This document shows, piece after piece, positions 39,785-49,769 of a stretch of 64,000 nucleotides of DNA. A program made the translations under genes and the position numbers. Position 1 is the first letter of the stretch, and every line of letters begins with the position of its first letter. This stretch comes from an uncultured delta proteobacterium (GTDB lineage: Bacteria; Desulfobacterota; Binatia; UBA9968), in contig CAVUZH010000013.1 in assembly GCA_963745835.1 (NCBI GenBank), positions 544,001 to 608,000 on the forward strand, given 5' to 3'. Below the pieces are notes generated by a model that ran no database searches, was not told the origin of the DNA, and was given only the letters and a program-made list of their open reading frames with translations.

Positions 39785-39916
39785 TGACCACAATTATAGT
39801 CATCAAAGAACGGAAATCAAATCCTTGGGGAAGAAGAAATGGTGGCGCGAACGGGTCAGATGTTTATTTCTACGGTTCTGATTTTTGTTTGGTCATTTTG
39901 CGAAGGGACTGTTGAA

Positions 39917-40230
39917 TCAACTCCGCAACTTCGTGCTCGCGAGCGCCGCCCCTTCGCGCAGGGCGCAGCTTGGCCCAGGCGATTTGCGGATGGACGTCCT
40001 CCGACGCTACAAGTCGTACCGGCGATGATGTGTTCTTGGCTGACGGTTCAGCAAACTGATGAGGCGATCGACTCCAGCTCGGGGTGCTCTACAAGATCGG
40101 TGGCATGGCTGACAAACACCCGGAATCAAATTGTCCCGGCGGGAAGTTTCACGTCGCGCCAGACGTTGCATTCATGCTCGTGACCGACGTTGCTGGCTTC
40201 GATCCTCAGTCGCAGTTCTTACGGCAACTG
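39917..40230 (-). pseudogene. 3' fragment of a MetE-like (methionine synthase II family) gene
   Basis: Across frames: EASN..HEHE..VW.DVKLP.G.ILIPGV.SHATDLVEHPEL...VHPQIAWAKL...EGAALAS.KL. Confidence 0.75.
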
Positions 40231-40299
40231 CGTATACCGCGAATCTCAACTCGGCCATATTGCCAAACCCTTGTAAGTACCTTGAGTGGAATTATTCCA

Positions 40300-41853
40300 T
40301 TACCGGAGTACCCTGATATCCTCTCCAAAGATTCGACCGTTCGGTCTCGGCGTGTACTCGATATTTTTTGAAATGCCGTGCAGAATCTGATGACGCCACA
40401 GGAAGTGGGCTGGCGCCTCTTCGGTGATTAAGCTCATGGCTTCCGAGAGGACTTTTTTGCGCTTGCCAGGATCAAAAGTCTCTCGCTCGAGTGACAAAAG
40501 CGAGTCGACCTTTGGGTTGGAGTACCCGATCCTCGGTGAACGGCCGGTCTCAAACTGTTCAGATAACGCCACACTTGGATCCACCACTGAGCCGCGCCCC
40601 ATATAATAAAACGGGACCTTGCCAGCCTGAACATTAGCCCATAAGGTAGCCCACTCCGGCGTTTGGAGCTTCGCTCTGATGCCCGCCGCATTCAGCATAG
40701 GAACCATGGCCTCGGAAATCTGCTTGTCTAACGTATAGCGTCCCACAGGAGTGTAGAATTCCACGTCTACCCCATTGGGGAATCCAGCCTCGATTACGAG
40801 CTTCTTTGCTTTGGCCGGATCATAGCTGTACTTCGGCTTCAAGCCAGGGTCGTAGCCATACTGACCGGGGCCAATCGGTCCATCTAACCGGCTCGCCTGA
40901 CCTTGCAGCAGAGTCGCGATTATCGTCTCGCGATCGATAGCATGGGCTACAGCCTGACGCAGAAGTTTATTATCCCAGGGCTTGAATTTAGGACTCATGG
41001 CTAAAAACATCATCTCTACAGAGTTCACGGCGGAAACTGTTGTGTTGGGATTTCTTTCGACTCTCTCGCGCAAATGGGGCGGTATGAATTGCGCAATTTG
41101 GATTTCCCCGTTGAGGAGCGCCGTAACGCGTTGCTCGGGCTCTCGCATGATATGAAAGACGACTTCATCGGGAGCTTGCTTTTTAGCTCTGATGCCCGGG
41201 TACTCCAGGTTTTTTGCAATAACCAGGCGCTGCCCTGGTATAAGCTCCCTGAACTTGTAAGGGCCCGCCCCAAACGGGTACTTCCGATCAGCGATATCCG
41301 GACCGTGCTTGTCGTAAATTGTTTTGCTCGTGATGGCGAATCTATCAAAGAGGTACTCCAAGAGCGGCGCGGTGGGCTTGTGGGTCGTAAATCGCACCGT
41401 GTGGTTGTCTATCGCGGTGACGGTGGCAATGGGGACGGCATATTGTGTTTGTTTTGTATGCGGATCGCTTTTCATGCGGTTAAACGAGTGCACGACATCG
41501 GCTGCTGTGAGCGGCGAACCGTCGTGAAATTTAACATTCTTGCGAAGATGAAAGACCCAGTTGTTCGAATCTTTGACTTCCCAACGCTCTGCCAGCATTC
41601 CTACGTATTCGCCTTTGACAAAATCGAAAGTGCCGAGGCACCCCATGACCTGACACCAGACGCCAAACATTAACGACACAGTGTCGCCGTAGGGATTGAA
41701 AGTCTCCATCGTTTCTGTAACCCCTACCGACACACGGACCTGCGCGTTAACGGATTGAGCGACGGCATAAAGACTGATTACCGAGAAAACGGTTGCCACA
41801 AAGATCGTACTCATTCGTGCCTTCATCGAAAAACTTCCTTTCATGCGCGTCAT
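40300..41853 (-). CDS. ABC peptide/nickel solute-binding protein (family 5)
   Basis: LAERWE, F.LRKNVKFHDGSPLTAADVVHSF, GAGPYK and LRQAVAHAIDR. Confidence 0.92.
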   Translation of the reverse strand: MTRMKGSFSMKARMSTIFVATVFSVISLYAVAQSVNAQVRVSVGVTETMETFNPYGDTVSLMFGVWCQVMGCLGTFDFVKGEYVGMLAERWEVKDSNNWVFHLRKNVKFHDGSPLTAADVVHSFNRMKSDPHTKQTQYAVPIATVTAIDNHTVRFTTHKPTAPLLEYLFDRFAITSKTIYDKHGPDIADRKYPFGAGPYKFRELIPGQRLVIAKNLEYPGIRAKKQAPDEVVFHIMREPEQRVTALLNGEIQIAQFIPPHLRERVERNPNTTVSAVNSVEMMFLAMSPKFKPWDNKLLRQAVAHAIDRETIIATLLQGQASRLDGPIGPGQYGYDPGLKPKYSYDPAKAKKLVIEAGFPNGVDVEFYTPVGRYTLDKQISEAMVPMLNAAGIRAKLQTPEWATLWANVQAGKVPFYYMGRGSVVDPSVALSEQFETGRSPRIGYSNPKVDSLLSLERETFDPGKRKKVLSEAMSLITEEAPAHFLWRHQILHGISKNIEYTPRPNGRIFGEDIRVLR

Positions 41854-42027
41854 CGTTTAATTGCAGCGGGCGGAAAAATTACGGGTAAACAGCTCCGATT
41901 CTTATAATGCCGCTATCTATTTTCTGTCAATCTTCGTTCCTCTTTGCCTGGCGGGGCACCGGACACCTTTTCCGCGGCGGTTTTACAAGGTATAACTGAC
42001 AACTCCAAACGCACAGGAGTTGCACGC

Positions 42028-43023
42028 ATGAACGATCAGGAAACAATAGGCGGCACCAAAGCGGCAGTCCACGAACTCATTGCCAGCCCTAACAACGTGC
42101 ATTGGGGGTACTTCAGCGCTGCACTCCGGCCGGCACTGACAATCGATCCGGGTGAGATCGTTGTCATTGAGGATGTCCCCCGAGTGGATCCGCAAATCGT
42201 TGAGCGGTCCGGGGTGGTACCTGTAGCCGATATTACGCCCAATCACCGTCTGATTTATAAGGAAGTAAACGACCGAGGTCCTGGACCGCACATCATGGTT
42301 GGTCCGGTTTACATAAACTCAGCTGAGCCTTGGGATGTTCTTGAGGTCCGCATTCTCGATGTCCGCCTCGCCTACAGCTATGGCTATAACACCCAGCGTC
42401 CGTACCAGGCGACCTTGCCGGAAGAGTTTCCGCGATTCTGGCAGCGAATCATCCCGATCGATCAGAAAGAACGTACGGCTAAGGTCGCTAAAGACGTCGT
42501 GGTTCCACTATCTCCTTTTTTCGGCACGATGGGGGTTGCGCCGCCCGCAAGTATGGGGCGGATCACGACGGTCCTTCCCGGGGTACACACTGGAAATATT
42601 GACAACAAGGACGTGGGCGCAAACACAGTTCTCTATATGCCGATCCATGTTCACGGTGCCCTGTTTTCCGCGGGGGACGGTCACGCGAATCAAGGGCATG
42701 GTGAGGTTGATGGAACGGCCATCGAGACAGGCTTGCGCGGCCGTTTCCAGTTCTTTGTTCGAAAAGATATGAGACTTAAGTGGCCACGAGCGGAGACGTC
42801 TACCCACTGGATCGTTATGGGACTACATGAAGAATTAGATCAAGCGATGAAGATGGCAGTTCATGAGACTATTGATTTCATTGTCAGTCGGTTTCCTCAT
42901 TTAACACCCGAGGAGAGCTACATGATTGCCAGCATTGCAGTCGATTACCACGTGACCCAAGTAGTCGACGGCAGGAAGGGCGTGCATGGAATGATTCCCA
43001 AGTCCATCTTTATCAAAACGTGA
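42028..43023 (+). CDS. Acetamidase/formamidase-family protein
   Basis: VHWGYF, GPHIMVGPVYI..AE..DVLEV, PFFGTMGVAP, GNID and GDGH..QGHGEV.GTAIE; ATG at 42028 after AGGAG. Confidence 0.9.
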   Translation: MNDQETIGGTKAAVHELIASPNNVHWGYFSAALRPALTIDPGEIVVIEDVPRVDPQIVERSGVVPVADITPNHRLIYKEVNDRGPGPHIMVGPVYINSAEPWDVLEVRILDVRLAYSYGYNTQRPYQATLPEEFPRFWQRIIPIDQKERTAKVAKDVVVPLSPFFGTMGVAPPASMGRITTVLPGVHTGNIDNKDVGANTVLYMPIHVHGALFSAGDGHANQGHGEVDGTAIETGLRGRFQFFVRKDMRLKWPRAETSTHWIVMGLHEELDQAMKMAVHETIDFIVSRFPHLTPEESYMIASIAVDYHVTQVVDGRKGVHGMIPKSIFIKT

Positions 43024-43049
43024 AGGTGATCGTCCTAGTGTTTCCCGAG

Positions 43050-43215
43050 CTTCGCACGGCATTTTTACGGCTAGAATTGGATCCATAAGATTCACCCAAT
43101 CAAGTTTGGATTTTGGATTCCGCCTGGATCAGCGCTGAAATCTAAAAATCACTTCGCGATGCGCAGCTTTGAATCCCCGTTCGCTCTTCACCTTTCGCAA
43201 GTTCAAATTGCCTGC
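43050..43215 (-). pseudogene. RAYT C-terminal fragment; repeat of 48425-48585
   Basis: KVKSERGFKAAHREVI followed by the same AATCCAAAAT-containing insert seen at about 48460-48520. Confidence 0.65.
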
Positions 43216-43247
43216 CATGGTCCGACCCTATGACCTGCTAGAGTAAA

Positions 43248-45275
43248 TCACAGAAGCCTTCGTTTCACGCGCCGATTCCATGCCCACGTGAAAAAAATCT
43301 CATCACCTTCATACGCTGCCAGCTCACCTTGCAGCACGAAATCGTCGGCAGTCGAAGAGAAACGAGTATGCGTCTCGATGCGAGTTTTCCATGGGCCACG
43401 GCTAAACCAGGTTTTCAGAATAATCTCTGCCTGGGCCCCGTCCGGATCCACTTCGCTAATACGGAAACGCTTGAGCATTGTGTGGCCAATCTCCAGGTCG
43501 ATGGCATTGATGCGCACGAGCTTCGGACTGTTCAAATCGACATTAGTGGAGATCGTGTACACGGTCTCATCGGTTGCGCGGTTTCGCTCAATAATGCGCT
43601 TTAGGGCGGCCGGCCGAAGCTCGGTTACTTCTGCCGCCGCGCGCTCCGGCGCTGCGAAGCGCCGCAGCGCAGCGTCATTTGGATCCGGCGGCCGCACTGG
43701 AAGATCGACAAAACTGTTGCCGGTAAAAAGGCTCAATGTAACGGGCTGCGGCGCCGGCCACGCGATAGGCCAGTAGCACGTAGAAACGGCCAGGCGAATT
43801 TTGTGCCCTTCGGGAAATGCGTGAGCGATATCGTTCAGCGTCACGCTTACGACGTAGCGCTTGCCCGGCTCCAAAGCGAGCGGCTGCTCGTGGTTCTCGC
43901 GATGCGTCAAATTCAACAGCCCATAGGTTATACGGTCGGAGGCGCCGTCAGGGGCGACGTCGTTCAAACGAACAGCGATGAGAGCCACGGGTCGGTCTGC
44001 GGCAAACTCCAACGTCACGATGGGAGCGCCGAAAATTTCTATCCTGTCCCGGAGAGTCTCTGAGTCGAACGTCAATGAACAACCATCGTCGCCGCGCTGG
44101 TCCGGCGGCGCTTCGCCCGGCGCACCAAACCCGCACCATTCACCGGCATCGAGGCCGGTGGTTTGCGGCGAGCGCAATTCCAATTGAGTTTCGTCAAGCG
44201 CCGCATCGCTTAGGCGATCGGCATTGAGCCATAATCGTTTGGGCTTTATGCGCGGCGAGGGCCACTGAGCTTCCGCCACCCATCGGCCCGGTCGATGTTT
44301 ATGAAACGGCTTCGGCGCGACACTCTCCTGCATCCAGACACGCAGCATCGGCTCTGCCATAATCCCCGTATCGGCGCGTTTCAACCAGTGGTCCCACCAG
44401 CGTAGCGCCTCCTGCAGAAAGCCGATGGCCGGCCCTGGCACGCCGTCGTGCGGATAGAGATGGGCCCAAGGTCCGATGAGACCTTTGCGTGGCACCTTGA
44501 GCCCCGCGAGGAGGCGCGAAATCGCGTTGCTGTACGCATCGGACCAGCCGCCGATCGCGTAGACCGGACAGGCGATCGCTTCGTAGTCTTCACAGACCGA
44601 TCCGTGCTTCCAGTACTCATCTCTGTGTGAATGCTCGAGCCAAATCTCCGGAAAGAACACCGCGTGTTCAAGACGATCGCGCCACATGTCGCGCCAACGT
44701 TCTCCGACGAGCTCAGGATCAGGCGGACACGCATTGTAGCTCATCAGCACCGAGCCCCAGGTGAGGTTTTCATTCAAAAGGCAACCACCCATGTAATGAA
44801 CGTCATCGAGATAACGATCGTCGGTGGAACAGACGGTAATAATCGCCTTGAGCGCGGGCGGACGCCGTGCCGCCACTTGCAAAGCATTGAAGCCGCCCCA
44901 GGATTTGCCCATCATGCCCACGGCGCCGCTGCACCAGGCTTGTTGCGCGATCCAGCGGATCACTTCCAGAGCGTCGTCGTGCTCCTGCTGCAAATATTCA
45001 TCGAGCAAGATGCCGTCCGAATCGCCGGAGCCTCTGAGATCCACGCGCACCGCGGCGTATCCATGACCTGCGAAATAGTGGTGCATGGGTTCGTCGCGTG
45101 CGCGCGTAAAGTCACGCTTGCGATAAGGGATGTATTCCAAAATCGCAGGCACGGGAAAGATCTCCGCGTCTGCGGGCAGCCAGATACGAGCGGCTAGACG
45201 GCAGCCGTCGGCCATTGAGATCCAGCAGTTTTCAATGACCCGGACTGTGCAAGGAAATTGATCGATAACTTTCAT
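43248..45275 (-). CDS. CocE/NonD-family serine hydrolase
   Basis: LEYIPYRKRD, VDLRGSGDSDG, GKSWGG (nucleophile), GGWSD.Y and GPWAH. Confidence 0.92.
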   Translation of the reverse strand: MKVIDQFPCTVRVIENCWISMADGCRLAARIWLPADAEIFPVPAILEYIPYRKRDFTRARDEPMHHYFAGHGYAAVRVDLRGSGDSDGILLDEYLQQEHDDALEVIRWIAQQAWCSGAVGMMGKSWGGFNALQVAARRPPALKAIITVCSTDDRYLDDVHYMGGCLLNENLTWGSVLMSYNACPPDPELVGERWRDMWRDRLEHAVFFPEIWLEHSHRDEYWKHGSVCEDYEAIACPVYAIGGWSDAYSNAISRLLAGLKVPRKGLIGPWAHLYPHDGVPGPAIGFLQEALRWWDHWLKRADTGIMAEPMLRVWMQESVAPKPFHKHRPGRWVAEAQWPSPRIKPKRLWLNADRLSDAALDETQLELRSPQTTGLDAGEWCGFGAPGEAPPDQRGDDGCSLTFDSETLRDRIEIFGAPIVTLEFAADRPVALIAVRLNDVAPDGASDRITYGLLNLTHRENHEQPLALEPGKRYVVSVTLNDIAHAFPEGHKIRLAVSTCYWPIAWPAPQPVTLSLFTGNSFVDLPVRPPDPNDAALRRFAAPERAAAEVTELRPAALKRIIERNRATDETVYTISTNVDLNSPKLVRINAIDLEIGHTMLKRFRISEVDPDGAQAEIILKTWFSRGPWKTRIETHTRFSSTADDFVLQGELAAYEGDEIFFTWAWNRRVKRRLL

Positions 45276-45538
45276 GCCGGCGACCTTTGCGGCCCATTAT
45301 ACTAGCCGGGATGATTTCGGATAAGGGAGTCTGTTCAACGTTAAAGGTTCAAGGTTCAATCGCACAGGTTCAGGTGAGGAAGATGGGTTGGCGTTCCAGG
45401 AAAGATGCGCCTGCTACTAGGTCCTGCTGAAAATCTTCAAGGCGGCACAAGAAGGCAGTACGGCTAAAACACGGCTGTGGCAGCGACTGAGAGCGACTCG
45501 GGTTCTTGCTGAACCTCCTCTACGACGAGACAAATGGT

Positions 45539-46502
45539 TCAAAGTTCGCGCGAGGCTCCATTGACATCTCGAATCATGAAGAGTGAACCTTGAACAGCGC
45601 CATTTTGGAACAGCGCCGCGAGGCGCTCCCGGACTTTCAAACCTATCTCGAGGTTCCAGCAGTTGACAACGGCGAGTCTGAAGCCACCCGGCGGCATCGA
45701 GTGGAGTTCCGGCGCTTTGTCTTCGTGAAACGTAATCTGGATGCTGGAAATGCCCGGCCAGGTGAGAAATTCGTCGACATAATCTTGCCCGGGCTTTTGA
45801 TAGCGCGGGCCGTGGGCGCCGAACAATACGACGCTGTAACCGGTCCGCCGCGCGTCATCGCGATAGTGCCAGGAACCAATGCTGTAGAGATCCACCACCG
45901 CATCGAGCCAACCCGGCGCCATACAAGTCGGGCCACTGGTCGGCGAAGCGCAGGTGTGCCTCGATAATCTTTGTGCCGATGGTCTCGACGTTCACACAGC
46001 CCGTATATCCTTTTAAGTGGCGGCGCAGCCACTCGCCGCAATACGCTTCGATTTCCGGCCGCGCTTCCTTGAGAATCTTCCAGTGATCAAACATGCCTTG
46101 ATCGAGAGTTCTGCCGACGGTGTGACGCCACCATACCGCCTCGCCGTCGATGACAGCGGCGTCCGTGCTCACATGCTCGCCGCTAAGAAGCGGCATCGAC
46201 ATATGCCCGGGTTGGATCGCGGCGCGGAACTGCTGGGCCGATTCGATAATTTTGCCGCCACAACCCATACCGCGCATGTTGTAGATCGGCTTGCTGAACA
46301 CCGGAAACTGGCGCGGCATAATGTCATGCGGCGCGCTGTCTAATTTTTGTGTGTCGCAGATGAGCAGCTTGTTGTAGATCCAACGATGCTGCGGATAACG
46401 CTGGTAGGCCAACTCATCGTCGGTCGGAATGACCACGTCATCGGGACAAGAAACGTCCGTGAAATACTGCGTGCGCCATGGATCTGCTTCCACAATCGGC
46501 AT
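45539..46502 (-). CDS. Hypothetical ATP-grasp-like protein, frameshifted near 45920
   Basis: Track ORFs 45855-46502 and 45539-45922 join at DLYG/APGWL; FPVFSKPIYN.RGMG.G, L.GEH.S.D and N.E.IG..IIE.HLR resemble ATP-grasp motifs. Confidence 0.55.
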
Positions 46503-46944
46503 TGAAACTCCAATGGTATAATCAATCGCGCAGCGGCAAGAGTTTCCTTCCGGTCAGGGTCGCTATACAATTTTGCCTCACCAGTACGACAACTTTGTTC
46601 TGTCCACGCACGTTGTTGTCGGCTCGGTTGAGCGCGGGCCGAGGACAATTTCATCAAACCAGCAATAAAAACCTGAAAAGATCTTGAGGTTTAAGTCTTT
46701 AGCTCGCCACTGTCACAAACATTTTTGCCGCTGAGACTTACCTAGTTAGCAAAGGGAGGACCAGCGGGCTTTTTCCGGTCCGTGAAGCGTTGGGTGGGTT
46801 TCTAGACCGAGGTATTCACGAGATTTCGCCGCGAGTTTTCCTGGGAACATGAATAATCGGCGAAGCATGGAAGATTGCGGCCTAGCGATTTAACGGAAGG
46901 TTGAAGACGCGTTCCATGCCACGGCCAATCCCGCCGCCGATCAA

Positions 46945-47234
46945 CTGTCTGTGACTTTAACCAAAAGATGGACGTGCTTGGATGTGACGATATAATTCAC
47001 CGATAACCGAAGTGCTTTTTCACTTCGAAAACCCAATACAAGTATGGGCGACGATCGCAGCTTCCGAATAGGTGGGTAAAGTTAGATTCTTATCTTAATT
47101 AAACGTCTTAAACCGAGCAGAGCGATTGAACGACTGGAAAGGTTGGAACATTTGGAACGACTGGAACTGTCTTCTGCATCGGTGAGTGATATGCCAAACA
47201 CAGCCAGGGAGAAAATGAGGTTTGCTCGCGGCAT
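46945..47234 (-). pseudogene. RAYT N-terminal fragment interrupted by a TGGAAC repeat tract
   Basis: MPRAN..LPGCVWHITHRC, then an insert at about 47075-47170, then DRRPYLYWVFE.KK.FG...NYIVTSKHVHLLVK. Confidence 0.75.
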
Positions 47235-47441
47235 TGGTTTTTCTTAGATAGAGAAACCTTTCGGCCTTAAAGCCGACTTTTAAGCGCCCAGACGATGCCT
47301 TTTATGTTATCTTACATCGGTAAACATAAAGTGAGGTTCGAGCGTGAGGATAATACGAGCGGAATTTGTGATCGCGATCCTTGTTCGGCGATGACGAGCC
47401 TCAATCATTTCTCTCATAGATCTGTAAGCTCAGAGGAAGCG

Positions 47442-48272
47442 ATGTTGAAAAATTTGACTAATGGCTTGCGCTATGGGGTCCTTGCAGTTTTGTTGGTTGT
47501 TATTTATTTGTCGGGCTGTTTCTCGTACGGGGTACCACCGCCACCTCCGCCGGAGCCACCGCAACCATCTGGGACTCTGCTGAAATCTCAATTCCGCATT
47601 GGAATTTCACCCGACTATATGCCGTTGGCTTACAAAGACCCGAGATTTGGGATTGTCGGCGTCGAAGTAGACTTTGCAAATCAGCTTGGGAAAGAACTCG
47701 GAAAAAATATAGTTTTTGTGGAAACTCCATTCGCTGAATTGATCGATGCCCTGGTCGCAGAGAAAGTCGACATCATTATGTCTGGAATGTCGATTACACG
47801 TGAAAGAGCAGAGCGGGTAAATTTCTCAGATCCTTACGTCACGATAGGCCAGATGGCACTGGCACGTACCAAAGATCGTTCAAAGTTTCGTGATGTCCAA
47901 TCGTTCTCTAGCGTTACAGTTAAAGTAGGGTTCGTCCGAACGACCACGGGCGAAATGGCAGCCAAGGCATTCTTTGGAAGCGCGAGTCTCGTGCCTCAGT
48001 CAACCGTCGATGACGGAGTTGCAGCACTGCGCAAGGGGGAAATAGATGTCTTCCTCCACGACGCTCCTACGGTCTGGCGGATTGCCGGCAATCCCAACGA
48101 AAAGGAGCTTACGGGTTTGTACTGGCTTCTCACCAAAGAGCCACTCGCGTGGGCGGTGAGAAAAAGCGATGAGCCGTTACTGTTTACGCTCAATCGTCAG
48201 GTTCAGCAGTGGCAGGCAAGTGGTTTTGCAAAACAAACTTTGTCTCGATGGATACCGATAACAATTTGGTAA
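47442..48272 (+). CDS. Amino-acid ABC solute-binding lipoprotein (family 3)
   Basis: Lipobox LSGC, IGISPDYMP, GVEVDFA and DIIMSGMSITRERAE.VNFSDPY; ATG at 47442. Confidence 0.9.
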   Translation: MLKNLTNGLRYGVLAVLLVVIYLSGCFSYGVPPPPPPEPPQPSGTLLKSQFRIGISPDYMPLAYKDPRFGIVGVEVDFANQLGKELGKNIVFVETPFAELIDALVAEKVDIIMSGMSITRERAERVNFSDPYVTIGQMALARTKDRSKFRDVQSFSSVTVKVGFVRTTTGEMAAKAFFGSASLVPQSTVDDGVAALRKGEIDVFLHDAPTVWRIAGNPNEKELTGLYWLLTKEPLAWAVRKSDEPLLFTLNRQVQQWQASGFAKQTLSRWIPITIW

Positions 48273-48361
48273 AACAACGGCTTGGGCGGACATGCTGCTG
48301 GTCATCGGCGATCCGATGAGAGATATTACTTTGCTCGAGGGGGTCAAACATCGGACAAAGC

Positions 48362-49075
48362 TAAGTTGCGGTAAGTTCAGGATTCTCGTTCCAAAACGGA
48401 GTGCTTCCGAAACTTAGGCCTTCACTTTTACGGTTAAAATTGGGCCCATAAGTTTCACCCAATCAATTTTGGATTTTCGATTTTTGGGTTCTGCCTCGAT
48501 CAGCGCTGAAATCTAAAAATCACTTCGCAATGCGCAGCTTTGAATCTGAGTTCGCTCTTACCTTTGCACAAAGTTCAAGTTGCCGACCGCGATCGCTTCC
48601 GACTAACAACGGTTGTTCAAACCGTTCTAGCCGTTCGCTAGCTCAGTTCAAATCGTTCCAAGAAAGAATTCGGGAATTCTCGAGTGCGAACGCCGCGACA
48701 ACGGCTTCTGCGATGCGCTTATTGAAAATCGGTGACACCGGTAAATCCGCATATGGACTTAACTCCTGGAGATTAATAATTCTGTAGCGCTCTGACGGAC
48801 TATTTATTTCTCGATGACCGCTGTGTGTCCAATCCAAGGGATGCGTAACCACTTGGGCGCCAGCCATGTTCAATCGATATAAACAAGACAAGAGTGGACG
48901 TGCTCGTTAGCCTCGATGGCCGTCGCATGATAGCGGTCTTTTCAGAATACGCTGTGGCGTCCTTTGCGCTGATTATATTCTTGGCCACTACGGCCAGCGA
49001 TCAGCGGCATCGTATCGGCGATAACCTTTGGACCGGTGTCTCCAATCACAAGGTGAACGTGGTTGCACGTCGTCA
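48362..49075 (-). pseudogene. RAYT central and C-terminal fragment with a stop and two repeat insertions
   Basis: NHVHLV..DTG, LIAGR..QEYNQRK.R...F*KDRYHATA, YID.NM...VV.HP..W.HSG.REI, AIAVG...KSEL.FKAAH and FWNEN. Confidence 0.8.
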
Positions 49076-49112
49076 GAATCAAAGGCAAAGGCTGTAACGA
49101 GAACAGCTTCAG

Positions 49113-49691
49113 TTACGGTGCTAGCAGCCTAATCCTCCAACCATCAGCTTGGCGCGTGTAAAGTTCGCGGTCATGTAAACGGTCAGGCTGTTCTCGCCAG
49201 AACTCGATGCGTTCGGCCAACAACCGATAGCCCGACCAGTACGGCGGACGCGGTACTGTCTGGTCTTTGTATTTGGCGGCGAAAGACGCAGCCGCGGCGA
49301 TAAGTTCCTCGCGCGACGAGAGCTCGCTGCTCTGGCGCGATGCCCAGGCTCCGATCTGACTACCGAGCGGACGGCTGGCGAAATACTCGTCGGATTGTCG
49401 CTCGCTGACGAGCTCGACCGCACCCTCGAAGCGAACTTGCTGTCGCAGTTGCGGCCACCAGAAACAGGCCGATGCCCGCGGGTTATCGTTCATCTGGCGC
49501 GCCTTGCGGCTCTCCAGGTTCGTGTAGAAAACAAGCCCGCGATCGTCGACATCTTTTAACAGCAACATGCGCACGGTGGGTTGCAGGTCTTTACCCGTCG
49601 TGGCGAAAGCCGCCGCGTTATAGGGCACGATGCCGAGTTGCGCGGCTTGGGCTAACAATTCTTTAAAGCGGAGGATAGGGTCGCTATTCAT
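49113..49691 (-). CDS. pdxH: Pyridoxamine 5'-phosphate oxidase
   Basis: R.LLLK, FYTN.ESRK, YFASRP.GSQIGAWAS.QS, RPPYWSGYR and EFW....DRLHDR. Confidence 0.93.
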   Translation of the reverse strand: MNSDPILRFKELLAQAAQLGIVPYNAAAFATTGKDLQPTVRMLLLKDVDDRGLVFYTNLESRKARQMNDNPRASACFWWPQLRQQVRFEGAVELVSERQSDEYFASRPLGSQIGAWASRQSSELSSREELIAAAASFAAKYKDQTVPRPPYWSGYRLLAERIEFWREQPDRLHDRELYTRQADGWRIRLLAP

Positions 49692-49769
49692 TCCGTTTCC
49701 TCGATCCTTGGTCTAATTCGTGCCTCGGCCAGAATTCACAATAGTCACTAGGTCCTTCGCCTTTGCTCA

